64,000 nt of DNA from an uncultured virus (IMG/VR IMGVR_UViG_3300000154_000005) (Duplodnaviria; Heunggongvirae; Uroviricota; Caudoviricetes). The translations under genes were made by a program, and so were the position numbers. A model generated the notes under the pieces. The model saw only the letters and a list, made by a program, of their open reading frames with translations, was not told the DNA's origin and did no database searches. Positions 1-8,276 of this stretch are shown piece by piece. The stretch lies in IMG/VR virus record IMGVR_UViG_3300000154_000005. One strand, written 5' to 3'. Every line of letters begins with the position of its first letter. Positions within the stretch are counted from its first letter, which is position 1.

Positions 1-54
1 GGGATTAACCCGAAGGTTAAATCTGTGAGAACTAGGACAAGTCCTAATTCTTTA

Positions 55-90
55 TATATAATATCTATATCAAATCTTTGAAAACGTGGT
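55..90 (-). promoter_or_regulatory. Phage promoter motif copy (CCACGTTTTCAAA..ATATAGATATTAT) firing toward the left window edge
   Basis: Near-identical to the copy at 372-403 and to about 17 other intergenic copies. Confidence 0.7.
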
Positions 91-99
91 GATGTAAAA

Positions 100-368
100 A
101 CAAGTAAAAAATGCGCCCTACCGAAGTAGCAACTCTGATGCCGAAGCAACAGCCCATTTTACCAGTTATACCAGCCCGAAAGATAACAAATCTTTCGTAT
201 TTACTTTTCCTATCAGAACAACAGGCACAGTATAAAAGGCGCCTAATGAATTATTAACTTTTCTAATTTCCGAAGAAACTAAATCTATTAATAATTCACT
301 AAACTATTCAATTCCGAAGAACTAAAGGCGCATGGAGAAAAAAGACCATTAAAATGACCCTGATTCCA
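100..368 (-). ncRNA. Unassigned structured non-coding RNA (about 260 nt)
   Basis: No ORF; promoter motif immediately upstream; closing helix 111-117/327-333; four C(UUCG)G-capped hairpins on the minus strand; U-tract after the closing helix. Confidence 0.7.
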
Positions 369-371
369 ATA

Positions 372-403
372 TATTATATCTATATTAAATTTTTGAAAAC
401 GTG
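372..403 (-). promoter_or_regulatory. Phage promoter motif copy
   Basis: Minus strand CCACGTTTTCAAAAATTTAATATAGATATAAT. Confidence 0.75.
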
Positions 404-405
404 GA

Positions 406-666
406 TTAAGTTGCTAATAATCTAGCCCTAAGTAACTGTTTATCAAGGTCTTTAAATAGATGGGGCTTCCGCTGTATGAACTTAATCATTTCCCATTCAT
501 GAATAAAACTAGTTAATCCTGGCGATCTTCCAAAATCAGAAACTCTAACACATACATAGTCTCTATTAAATATTAAATCATATTTATTACTAAGTTTAAT
601 TTCAAATGTTAGAGACTTAGGTCTATATTCATTTAAATGTTTATATACCTCTCTAGATTTTTTCAA
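406..666 (-). CDS. Hypothetical protein with the [KR]Lxxx C-terminal tail
   Basis: ORF abutting the upstream gene; ends DKQLLRARLLAT. Confidence 0.6.
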   Translation of the reverse strand: MKKSREVYKHLNEYRPKSLTFEIKLSNKYDLIFNRDYVCVRVSDFGRSPGLTSFIHEWEMIKFIQRKPHLFKDLDKQLLRARLLAT

Positions 667-1002
667 CTAACTCCACCGCAAGAATAACATATTCTCTTGA
701 GCTGTTGATTCATATAATACAGCAGATCTATTATAATCTCCTCTATCATCACCAGTTTCTTTCTCAATAAAAACATCCATTTCATCACTAATCTCTGAAT
801 TTATAACACTTAGAAAAGCATCTGAATTTCCAGTAGTGTGAATAACAGCAGTATAAATACCGTCACTATTGCCAACTGTACATTGATTATTATGTCTATT
901 ACTAATAACTGGTAATTGGGATTTTAAAAATTTAGTAATTAACTCTTTTGGTAATTGTTTAAATCGTTTTTCACCTTCTTGTATCTCGAATAGGGGCTGC
1001 AT
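667..1002 (-). CDS. Hypothetical protein
   Basis: ORF with GGAG ribosome binding site, in a gene chain. Confidence 0.55.
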   Translation of the reverse strand: MQPLFEIQEGEKRFKQLPKELITKFLKSQLPVISNRHNNQCTVGNSDGIYTAVIHTTGNSDAFLSVINSEISDEMDVFIEKETGDDRGDYNRSAVLYESTAQENMLFLRWS

Positions 1003-1264
1003 TTTCTTTCTCCTGAATTTTATGATATTTATTAAGAGTCTGTTTAACCTGATCTTTTTCTAATTTATCAGTCGTTGTTTTATATAAAAGAGTTAATACA
1101 TAAATACATAAATCAGTTGTCATGATACGAGGATAGCTTTGTGCTGCTAAAGGAAAAAAATTCATACCCTGTAAAGCAATATTAGAGATTAATCCTCTTT
1201 CCATATTATCTTTAAGATTAAATCTAAAAGTTTCCCCTCTAAATGTAAATGGTTTATTACTCAT
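971..1264 (-). CDS. Hypothetical protein
   Basis: ORF with AAGGA ribosome binding site. Confidence 0.6.
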   Translation of the reverse strand: MSNKPFTFRGETFRFNLKDNMERGLISNIALQGMNFFPLAAQSYPRIMTTDLCIYVLTLLYKTTTDKLEKDQVKQTLNKYHKIQEKENAAPIRDTRR

Positions 1265-1287
1265 ATAATCCTTTTAATGAAATAAAA

Positions 1288-1364
1288 TGGTACACTGGAG
1301 AGGATTCGAACCTCTGACCTACGGCTTAGAAGGCCGTTGCTCTATCCAGCTGAGCGACCAGTGC
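1288..1364 (-). tRNA. tRNA-Arg(UCU)
   Basis: Cloverleaf; anticodon loop CTTCTAA; GGTTCGAATCC T-arm; encoded CCA. Confidence 0.95.
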
Positions 1365-1371
1365 CTTTAAT

Positions 1372-1395
1372 TGGGTGACCGTTTAAGGCCACCCA
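1372..1395 (-). terminator. Hairpin downstream of the Hsp20 gene
   Basis: Inverted repeat tgggtgacc/ggccaccca; no clear U-tract. Confidence 0.4.
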
Positions 1396-1404
1396 TAGTT
1401 ATTG

Positions 1405-1839
1405 TTATTGAATTTTAATAGTACCAGCCGGCACTGTTTTTTTAGGGAGTGTAATAGTTAAAACCCCATTTTCAGATGTTGCTGTAATATTTCCAGTATC
1501 AACTGATGATGTTGGGATTCTAAATGCCCTTTCAAATTTACCAATGCGACTTTCGATATGAGTATATTCTTCTTGGGTACCTTCTAAAATAGATCGAGAA
1601 CCACTAACAGTTAATACTCCATCTTCTACTCCCAATGTAATATCTTTTTTATCTACACCTGGAATATCTACTTCAAAGGTAAAAGTATCTGAAGTTTCTC
1701 GAATATTAACACTTACTGATGCTACTTTTGATCCGAATGCCCTATTTAAGATGTTTTCCATCTCATTATTAAGATGTCTATATCCACTGGTTACTTGTGA
1801 ATTTTCATCTGTCATCTGATTAAGTAAAGAAACTACCAT
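1405..1839 (-). CDS. Small heat-shock protein (Hsp20/alpha-crystallin family)
   Basis: DIPGVDKKDI, GVLTVSG, GKFERAFRIP, ENGVLTITLPK motifs. Confidence 0.95.
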   Translation of the reverse strand: MVVSLLNQMTDENSQVTSGYRHLNNEMENILNRAFGSKVASVSVNIRETSDTFTFEVDIPGVDKKDITLGVEDGVLTVSGSRSILEGTQEEYTHIESRIGKFERAFRIPTSSVDTGNITATSENGVLTITLPKKTVPAGTIKIQ

Positions 1840-1887
1840 ATTGTGAAACTCCTATTATTTAATGAAAGAAAAATGTTAATCTTTATA

Positions 1888-2490
1888 TTATTTTTGTATA
1901 ATTAGTTCTATAGCACTTTCAGTATTTGGTAAAGTTGTTTGATCATTTCCATGTAATTGAGGATACCAAAACTCATTCTGTAGTTGAAGTCTTTCAACTT
2001 TATGACCATCTTCTGCAAGTTCTTCTATTAATGTTGTTATATTCTGAGATACTGGTGACCAGCTCTCTGATTTATATATAGTAAAAGTATGCTTGTGGTC
2101 ACTATTAAACTTACTAGGCCAATTACCAGCTTCATATAAATCTTCATCTGGTACTGTAATTATTAAATATCCACCAGGCTTAATAATTCTAACCCAGTTT
2201 TTAAGAGCGACTCTTACGTCTACCATATGTTCTAGACAATGACTAGAGTGTAAGAAATCGAATGTCTCATCTTTTACTGTTTTCATATATTGGGCATCGC
2301 CATCAGGCATGTCCCATTGTTTTATATGTTTAATTCCCAGAAAGAATTGTTGATATTTGGCGAGTGAATCTGGTCCAGCACCAATATCAATACCATTGCC
2401 AACAAAATACCGAGAATGAAAGGCACCATCATAATAACGGCGCCTCGTAGCTTTTGATTGTTCATGCATCGGTTTTACAAAAATCCTCAA
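1888..2490 (-). CDS. SAM-dependent methyltransferase
   Basis: GIDIGAG motif I; FDFLHSSHCLEH; IKPGGYLIITVP. Confidence 0.9.
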   Translation of the reverse strand: MRIFVKPMHEQSKATRRRYYDGAFHSRYFVGNGIDIGAGPDSLAKYQQFFLGIKHIKQWDMPDGDAQYMKTVKDETFDFLHSSHCLEHMVDVRVALKNWVRIIKPGGYLIITVPDEDLYEAGNWPSKFNSDHKHTFTIYKSESWSPVSQNITTLIEELAEDGHKVERLQLQNEFWYPQLHGNDQTTLPNTESAIELIIQK

Positions 2491-2944
2491 ACTGTGCTAA
2501 TAATCGAGGACACTCTATTCCAGATTCGAAAGACATGATAATATCCTGCTGTCTGGTCGCTTCTTCTTGATAAGGTATACATGCTTCTCTAAAAACTTCT
2601 CTTTGAGCTAAGTATATACGATTAGTATCTAGTACTTGATCTTTAAGAGCCTCTTCGTCGAAGTCGAAATACTTGTCATATTTATACCACCCATTTTTAA
2701 AACTATAATCTTTAATAAACTCAATTTTAGATATATCTATTTTAAAGATATAAAATCTTCGTCTAGTTGGTTTTACTTTTCCGCTCTTGGCTAGTTCTTT
2801 TTTAAGATTATCAAGATCACCATAAGTAACTCCACACTTCTTAATATCTTTAAAATATTCATCATCTAAATCATTTTTCTTTTGATTATAGATAGTAGCA
2901 ATACGTTCACAGAAGTACTTTCTTTGATGTTTATCCATTTTCAA
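2462..2944 (-). CDS. Hypothetical protein, paralog of 2931-3320
   Basis: Shared N-terminus QRKYxxER and similar C-terminal helix. Confidence 0.6.
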   Translation of the reverse strand: MKMDKHQRKYFCERIATIYNQKKNDLDDEYFKDIKKCGVTYGDLDNLKKELAKSGKVKPTRRRFYIFKIDISKIEFIKDYSFKNGWYKYDKYFDFDEEALKDQVLDTNRIYLAQREVFREACIPYQEEATRQQDIIMSFESGIECPRLLAQFEDFCKTDA

Positions 2945-3320
2945 ACTTCTTTAATAGAGCCAAGGATTCTTTTTCACCACCCAACATAATTTCATCTTCA
3001 ATATCTTGCTTTTCTTTTTCGAGCAATGCTTTATCTTCTTTGAATTTATCCCATCTTTTAATAGTCTCTGACTTAATTACATTCTCATCAAAATTATAAT
3101 ATTCTTTAAGTTGATCTACATCTGATTCACGAAGATTTTTAGGTAGTAAGAAATGTGCGTTTCCACTTTTTACTTGTTCAAATCGTATAAGAGTCTTAAA
3201 ACTATGCTCATTTACATATCGGGCCCTTTCAAGCCCATGTTTCTCACTAAGATTTTCTTGGCGGATTTGAATAAGTTTTGATAGTCGTTCACGAAGATAT
3301 TTACGTTGAGTTTGATTCAT
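2931..3320 (-). CDS. Hypothetical protein, paralog of 2462-2944
   Basis: MNQTQRKYLRERL; overlapping gene chain. Confidence 0.6.
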   Translation of the reverse strand: MNQTQRKYLRERLSKLIQIRQENLSEKHGLERARYVNEHSFKTLIRFEQVKSGNAHFLLPKNLRESDVDQLKEYYNFDENVIKSETIKRWDKFKEDKALLEKEKQDIEDEIMLGGEKESLALLKKFENG

Positions 3321-3326
3321 CAGTTT

Positions 3327-3926
3327 TTATCCTTTAATTATAACAGCTTGTCGAGTTTCAAGTAATTGGATTTCTTCTGGTTTATCTGAAAAGAATTCAT
3401 CTGCAGCTGCCTTTGCACCAGGACAACTATCGAAACCATAATCATCTAAGATCATAGCTCCACCCACCAATAATCGTGGATATATGAATTTGCAGCAATC
3501 TAATACAGACTGATATATATCTACATCAATATGAGCTAGTGCAATACGAGATTGTTCTAGTCCTTTAAATGTATCAGGAATTAATCCTTTATGATATACA
3601 ATTTTTCCTGGTTCCGGAGGAAGCATCTCTTGAATTTCTTCATATGAGACATCTTTAAAGTCTCCAACCTTATGAATATCTTTTTTTGGATTAACTGGAG
3701 GCATCCCTTGGAAGGTATCGAATAGATGTAGTTCATTATCAGTTATTAATTCTGATAATAACATGGCGGTCCCACCTTTATAAACACCACATTCAAACCA
3801 CAGCCCATCTAAAGCATTACACATAACAGCTGCATCATATAAAATTTTACATCTGTCTTTTGAGACGAGTGTATGTTTACGTGCATTACAGTATATTTGA
3901 TTAAAGTCTTTTGGTTCGGTTAACAA
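3327..3926 (-). CDS. TylF/MycF/NovP-family O-methyltransferase
   Basis: ECGVYKGG, LFDTFQGMP, HIDVDIYQS, LDDYG, CPGAKAAADEF motifs. Confidence 0.9.
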   Translation of the reverse strand: MLTEPKDFNQIYCNARKHTLVSKDRCKILYDAAVMCNALDGLWFECGVYKGGTAMLLSELITDNELHLFDTFQGMPPVNPKKDIHKVGDFKDVSYEEIQEMLPPEPGKIVYHKGLIPDTFKGLEQSRIALAHIDVDIYQSVLDCCKFIYPRLLVGGAMILDDYGFDSCPGAKAAADEFFSDKPEEIQLLETRQAVIIKG

Positions 3927-4221
3927 AGAAATCTCCTATTATATTACGAACATCGGCTATTGCGAGTTCTTTTCCTTTAAAAATTGTTGGTACATACGAT
4001 CCTAGAGGCAATCCAGATATAGAAGGCACTCTTAAAATAGATGGTCTAACCTTAGAATCATTAACATCTTTATCATAATCTAGCTTATCTTCATCATTAA
4101 TATAAGCATTGATAATTTCAGATCCATCTGCTGTTATTAATTTAACATCTATTAAATTAATGTCGGTTGGAATGAAATCTTTAAATTCCTTTGTAGTTTC
4201 ATTATTAAACTCAAATTGCAT
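3901..4221 (-). CDS. Hypothetical protein
   Basis: ORF in an overlapping gene chain. Confidence 0.55.
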   Translation of the reverse strand: MQFEFNNETTKEFKDFIPTDINLIDVKLITADGSEIINAYINDEDKLDYDKDVNDSKVRPSILRVPSISGLPLGSYVPTIFKGKELAIADVRNIIGDFFVNRTKRL

Positions 4222-4227
4222 TATTTA

Positions 4228-4443
4228 TTATTCCCATAAATGTTTAGAAATTGTTTTATCTTTAGCTAGTGAATCAAGCCCGTTTCTAGATATTTCTGCA
4301 AATGTTTCTTGTTTTTTATTTGAATCTAATTCACAAGGGCATGGCATGCCTTTATTTAATTCTTCCATTAATTTTTTAAATGCTGGAGAATCTAATGTTT
4401 TTAACATATCTGATACCATGTCATCTGGATTATCAATATTCAT
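4228..4443 (-). CDS. Hypothetical protein
   Basis: ORF with AAGGA ribosome binding site just after tRNA-Asp. Confidence 0.55.
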   Translation of the reverse strand: MNIDNPDDMVSDMLKTLDSPAFKKLMEELNKGMPCPCELDSNKKQETFAEISRNGLDSLAKDKTISKHLWE

Positions 4444-4463
4444 ATAAATTCCTTATTATAAAA

Positions 4464-4540
4464 TGGCGGGAGAGACGGGACTCGAACCCGCGGCATCTGG
4501 CGTGACAGGCCAGTACTCTAACCAACTGAGCTACTCCCCC
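4464..4540 (-). tRNA. tRNA-Asp(GUC)
   Basis: Cloverleaf; anticodon loop CTGTCAC; encoded CCA. Confidence 0.95.
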
Positions 4541-4550
4541 TTTGAAACTT

Positions 4551-4772
4551 TTATTTTGAAGGTTCTACTTTTTCATTCGATTCTTTAATTCTAGCAAACC
4601 TACTACAACTTTCTAATGCGTTTGTAGAATAAAGATGACCAGAATCCGCCCTTTCTAAACAAGTAGTAGGTGGATAATAATCACTCTTCGGATGTACTTT
4701 ATTAGCAGTCCAATAATAACAATTTGAACACACCCGTTTCAATTTATGTATATTTGGATTCATATTACTCAC
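4551..4772 (-). CDS. Small Cys-rich hypothetical protein
   Basis: CxxC...C...C pattern. Confidence 0.5.
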   Translation of the reverse strand: MSNMNPNIHKLKRVCSNCYYWTANKVHPKSDYYPPTTCLERADSGHLYSTNALESCSRFARIKESNEKVEPSK

Positions 4773-5256
4773 TGTTTAGATATTCTTTCATATTTTTATT
4801 CGACTGATCTCTTAATCGTTTAATCGCATCATCATACTGATTCCAAATAGGAATCATACTAGAACGGTGCTTAGCTTTAAAATCGAGGTATTCTTGTTCT
4901 AGATCATCTGGTTCTGGATAATCATATACAGCATCAGGCCAATTCTTTTCTATTGATGTAAAAGGTACTTCATATGTAATATCTGTTGTCTTGTCATTAT
5001 AAACTTTCGAGAATATTGGAGTTAGTATTTTTGCAAAATATAATCCTTTTAAATCCCCATAGTAATCATTAAAACTAATTTTTTCCTCCCCATCAGTGAC
5101 TTTAATAAAAGATGGAAGAGAAATTGGAGGGATTACATATGCAAGTTTATCTACTAAACAATGAAGAAAAAACCATTTCCACGGTGTTTCACTTACAGTA
5201 ATTTGAGCAGTGTAATATAAGTTATTAGTCCCGAAAGACCAATGTTGATGAGGCAT
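4765..5256 (-). CDS. Hypothetical protein (start revised to ATG 5256)
   Basis: GAGGA ribosome binding site before ATG 5256; the longer ORF would run through tRNA-Thr. Confidence 0.6.
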   Translation of the reverse strand: MPHQHWSFGTNNLYYTAQITVSETPWKWFFLHCLVDKLAYVIPPISLPSFIKVTDGEEKISFNDYYGDLKGLYFAKILTPIFSKVYNDKTTDITYEVPFTSIEKNWPDAVYDYPEPDDLEQEYLDFKAKHRSSMIPIWNQYDDAIKRLRDQSNKNMKEYLNSE

Positions 5257-5279
5257 TTGATAATCCTCTAAGTATGGAG

Positions 5280-5355
5280 TGGTGCCGGAGACATGATTCG
5301 AACACGCTGCCTTCGCCTTACAAGGGCACTGCTCTACCAAATGAGCTACACCGGC
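5280..5355 (-). tRNA. tRNA-Thr(UGU)
   Basis: Cloverleaf; anticodon loop CTTGTAA; CCA end; one U-U mismatch in the acceptor stem; promoter motif at about 5378-5390. Confidence 0.9.
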
Positions 5356-5521
5356 TTAATTTTTTTGATTTCAATATATTATATCTATATATTTTTGGAT
5401 CAAAATTATTAGTGATATAAAATGAAATATATAATAATCAATATATCAAGAATAGCAAACGCTAATATAACAGAAGCCGCTATTTTACCCTGTCTTGTAT
5501 GCTGTCCGAGAAAACTACTCA

Positions 5522-5806
5522 TTAATCTTTATTTAAATTGATCCGATTTATACGAAATAATACACTATCAGCAGATACTCCACTACCATACAACTCTTGA
5601 GAGTTTCCAGGGTATACTTTAAAATTACCAAAGTCAGCAATGTTGCCGTTATCAATAACAACTCTCATTTCTGTACTATTTAAAATTTTTTGAGCCTTAA
5701 TTTTAGCTTCATCAGCAGTCTTACATTCATCGATATTAATATTAAATGAAAACGTAGCAGGTACTTGAACTTGAACATCCCAATTTTGATCAGCCATTAA
5801 ATCCAC
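5522..5806 (-). CDS. Hypothetical protein
   Basis: ORF; AAGGTGG ribosome binding site suggests the ATG at MADQ is the start. Confidence 0.55.
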   Translation of the reverse strand: MDLMADQNWDVQVQVPATFSFNINIDECKTADEAKIKAQKILNSTEMRVVIDNGNIADFGNFKVYPGNSQELYGSGVSADSVLFRINRINLNKD

Positions 5807-6149
5807 CTTTTTAACATCCAGTAACGTTTAGTAAAACAACATCCATTCGGATTCTCACAACAACTAATAAATGGATAAATAATTGGTAACACTACAATAT
5901 AACAACATATTGCCGTTATCAATAAAAACATTATACAAAAATCTTTAATAAAAGTTAACATTAATTTAAAATCCAAGTCCTTAATCTATAGGCACTATCA
6001 ACAATAATAGCTGAAAACATATGAAACATTACAAAAAATACACCCACGGGGTAGAATAAAAACGACAGCATCTCTTTCATTTTATTTCCTTGATATTATG
6101 ATTGGTTACTAAAAGGTATTATATCTATATATTATAATTGAAAATCAAA

Positions 6150-6540
6150 TAAAAACGGTAGTTACTTTCCACTACCAAGTCACGCCTGTTTATTTAATAC
6201 GGCAAGCTTTAACCTTGTCATTGGTCTCAACTCCTCGACGTCCAGCGCAAACATATGTATCGATTTCTATCTAGAACTGACAAATTCTAGTTAATAAGAA
6301 ACGATTGACACAGTGGTCGGCGGCCAGTCCTTTTAAATTAATTAGTCATAGTTGGAGGAATGTGTTTATTTTTGTATATCACACTCCTCCAACTGTAAAT
6401 GGTGGCAACACCCATGCTGTCGCGCTAACAGTAAGTGTGTATAGCGTACATTATTTTATTGGAATGGATGAAAGAGCTTATCCTCTCATCTTTACTGACT
6501 ATATGTCAGTCCGCAGGAAGTTCAGCCACCCTTTCTTCCA
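6150..6540 (-). ncRNA. Unassigned structured non-coding RNA (about 390 nt)
   Basis: Promoter motif at 6545-6575; GC-richer than flanks; many helices; ends in a hairpin plus U-tract (6151-6176); no long minus-strand ORF. Confidence 0.7.
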
Positions 6541-6572
6541 ATTTATTATATCTATATCAAATTATTGAAAAC

Positions 6573-6764
6573 TTAGTAATCTTCTGGGATTTTCTTTGGA
6601 TGAAACTCTTTACAAGAACCATCATCTCTTAGTAATTCTTGAGTATAAATACTTTGACATTGAATAATATGGCGACATTCATTCTGTTGGAAACAAGCAG
6701 AACCAACTCTCATTCGACCTTTAGTCGCAGGTGTAACTACTCCTGTTTGAGGGTTTTTTGTCAT
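6573..6764 (-). CDS. Small Cys-containing hypothetical protein (start revised to ATG 6764)
   Basis: AAGGAG ribosome binding site before ATG 6764. Confidence 0.6.
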   Translation of the reverse strand: MTKNPQTGVVTPATKGRMRVGSACFQQNECRHIIQCQSIYTQELLRDDGSCKEFHPKKIPEDY

Positions 6765-6948
6765 TTTAATCTCCTTTAAATAGCAAGTAAAAAGCAAGGC
6801 ATCCCTATCTACTGAAGAATTAACGTCAATAGAAGGGATATAGCCTCTAAGAATGCCACAAGGATCCAGTACCGCCACTAAGCGAGACCGCGACCGATAT
6901 GGTTCATTCCTAATATATAATATCTATATAAGATACTTAATAACACAA

Positions 6949-7254
6949 TTAATCGGCAACATGTAACCCTTGACTAATCATCATAATTTTAAGAAGATGT
7001 TGTGTTGTACCAGTACTATCTTCTTTCGGTAATGATGCTTTTCCAGTTGTCTGTAGTTGTTGAATAATATTTCGTTTAGCTTTAAAATTATCAGATCTAG
7101 GACCCAATAATTCAGCTAAAACTTGATTATTATCATAAGTAAGAAGATTCCAGACGTCCAATGAGCCTATGCTCTGTCCTCCAGTTTTTGCCTTCCCTTT
7201 GGTCGGTTGACCCGTAGAGCTGACATACCCAGCAATCGACCTGCTGGATTCATA
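6949..7254 (-). CDS. rpoB: RNAP-1 beta-like subunit, exon 2
   Basis: Reads YESSRSIAGYVSSTGQPTKGKAKTGGQSIGSLDVWNLL, matching bacterial beta C-terminal [35 protein letters not shown]; in frame with exon 1 after splicing. Confidence 0.9.
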   Translation of the reverse strand, partial: YESSRSIAGYVSSTGQPTKGKAKTGGQSIGSLDVWNLLTYDNNQVLAELLGPRSDNFKAKRNIIQQLQTTGKASLPKEDSTGTTQHLLKIMMISQGLHVAD

Positions 7255-8276
7255 CCTTTATATTCTATAAAGAACGCTAATCTTTATATGTGAATGAGTT
7301 TTTTCATCACGACTATATATTTCTATATAGAGTAGACTATATCATTAACCAAATAATATATTGTAAATTTCCTCAGTAAAACATTCAGTATACCCTTCTA
7401 TTTTAATAGCTGGTACATATGAATATTCTTTGTAATTGCTTATAAATTCTTGTTCAAGTATAAATGCCTCATATAATGGTAACTTTCGCTGGGCCATTAT
7501 CGCTATACTATAATCGCTTCTATTTAATTCTGGCTGTAATCTAATACTTATACTGCGTATTGTTATTCCAATTTTATAAAACACTTCATGATTATTATAA
7601 AATTTAACTAGATATAAAATAGCTGGTTTTATTTTCAAAGATGGGTTTCTATTAAATATTTTTTCTGTATATACACCTTTCTGATTACATGAAAAACACC
7701 CTTGTTGTTGATTAATATGCATATCTGGGGTTTGTTTAAATTCACCATGTATTGGACATATGATAATTACTTTTTCTTTTGATTTTTTAAATATCGATTT
7801 AGAGTAATCATATTTATCACCATGAATACTTTGTGCTTTTTTAGCAAAAGATTGTCCATTATATGCTATTCTACCACTGCAGGAAGGGCATGTATTTGCT
7901 TTTTGAGTATGGTTCATTGGACGCTGCCAAAATTCACCATGTATTGGGCATATGATACCTATTTTTATATGAGCATTTTTATATATTATATTAGAATAAT
8001 CATATTTGTTACCATGTACTTTTTGTGCTTTTTGTATGAATTCTTCTTTTGTACATTTTCTTGCCATTATATTTCTTCCATAATTTTATTATATTATTTT
8101 TTGGTTATTTTGCGCTTCGGTTCTTTAGCGATTAGAACCTACTCCCTCTCGGGATAGTCGTTGCACTTTCTCCTTTCGGAGCTTAGCTCAGAATTGTCTT
8201 CAGCACTACCTGGTTAGAGTTTCTCTGAGTTCACAAAATTATTAATACACATTCCTGTGTAAGAGGACTTATTCAA
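7255..8276 (-). mobile_element. Group I intron in the RNAP-1 beta gene
   Basis: P1 GGAU|...GUCC with a U.G pair at the 5' splice site; core segments GCAACGACTA and GATATAGTCT; terminal G; removal restores the frame. Confidence 0.9.
7345..8067 (-). CDS. Intron-encoded homing endonuclease (two DUF723-like Zn repeats plus a GIY-YIG-like C-terminal domain)
   Basis: HGxKYDYS..ICPIHGEF..CxxC twice; LYLVKF..FYKIGIT..GYTECF. Confidence 0.8.
   Translation of the reverse strand: MARKCTKEEFIQKAQKVHGNKYDYSNIIYKNAHIKIGIICPIHGEFWQRPMNHTQKANTCPSCSGRIAYNGQSFAKKAQSIHGDKYDYSKSIFKKSKEKVIIICPIHGEFKQTPDMHINQQQGCFSCNQKGVYTEKIFNRNPSLKIKPAILYLVKFYNNHEVFYKIGITIRSISIRLQPELNRSDYSIAIMAQRKLPLYEAFILEQEFISNYKEYSYVPAIKIEGYTECFTEEIYNILFG

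Noticed and set aside
110..335. Recurring ccgaag units as a CRISPR or iteron array
   Set aside because: Only 6 nt are shared and spacing is irregular; they are explained as UUCG tetraloop hairpins on the minus strand
5257..5340. N-terminal extension of ORF 4765-5340
   Set aside because: Runs through tRNA-Thr; a good ribosome binding site supports ATG 5256
6150..6540. RNase P RNA or hammerhead ribozyme
   Set aside because: No GAGGAAAGUCC/CGGCUUA P4 signature and no CUGAUGA..GAAA core found by eye
6305..6632. Plus-strand ORFs 6305-6568 and 6435-6632
   Set aside because: No ribosome binding site or promoter; antisense to a structured unit with a minus-strand promoter and terminator
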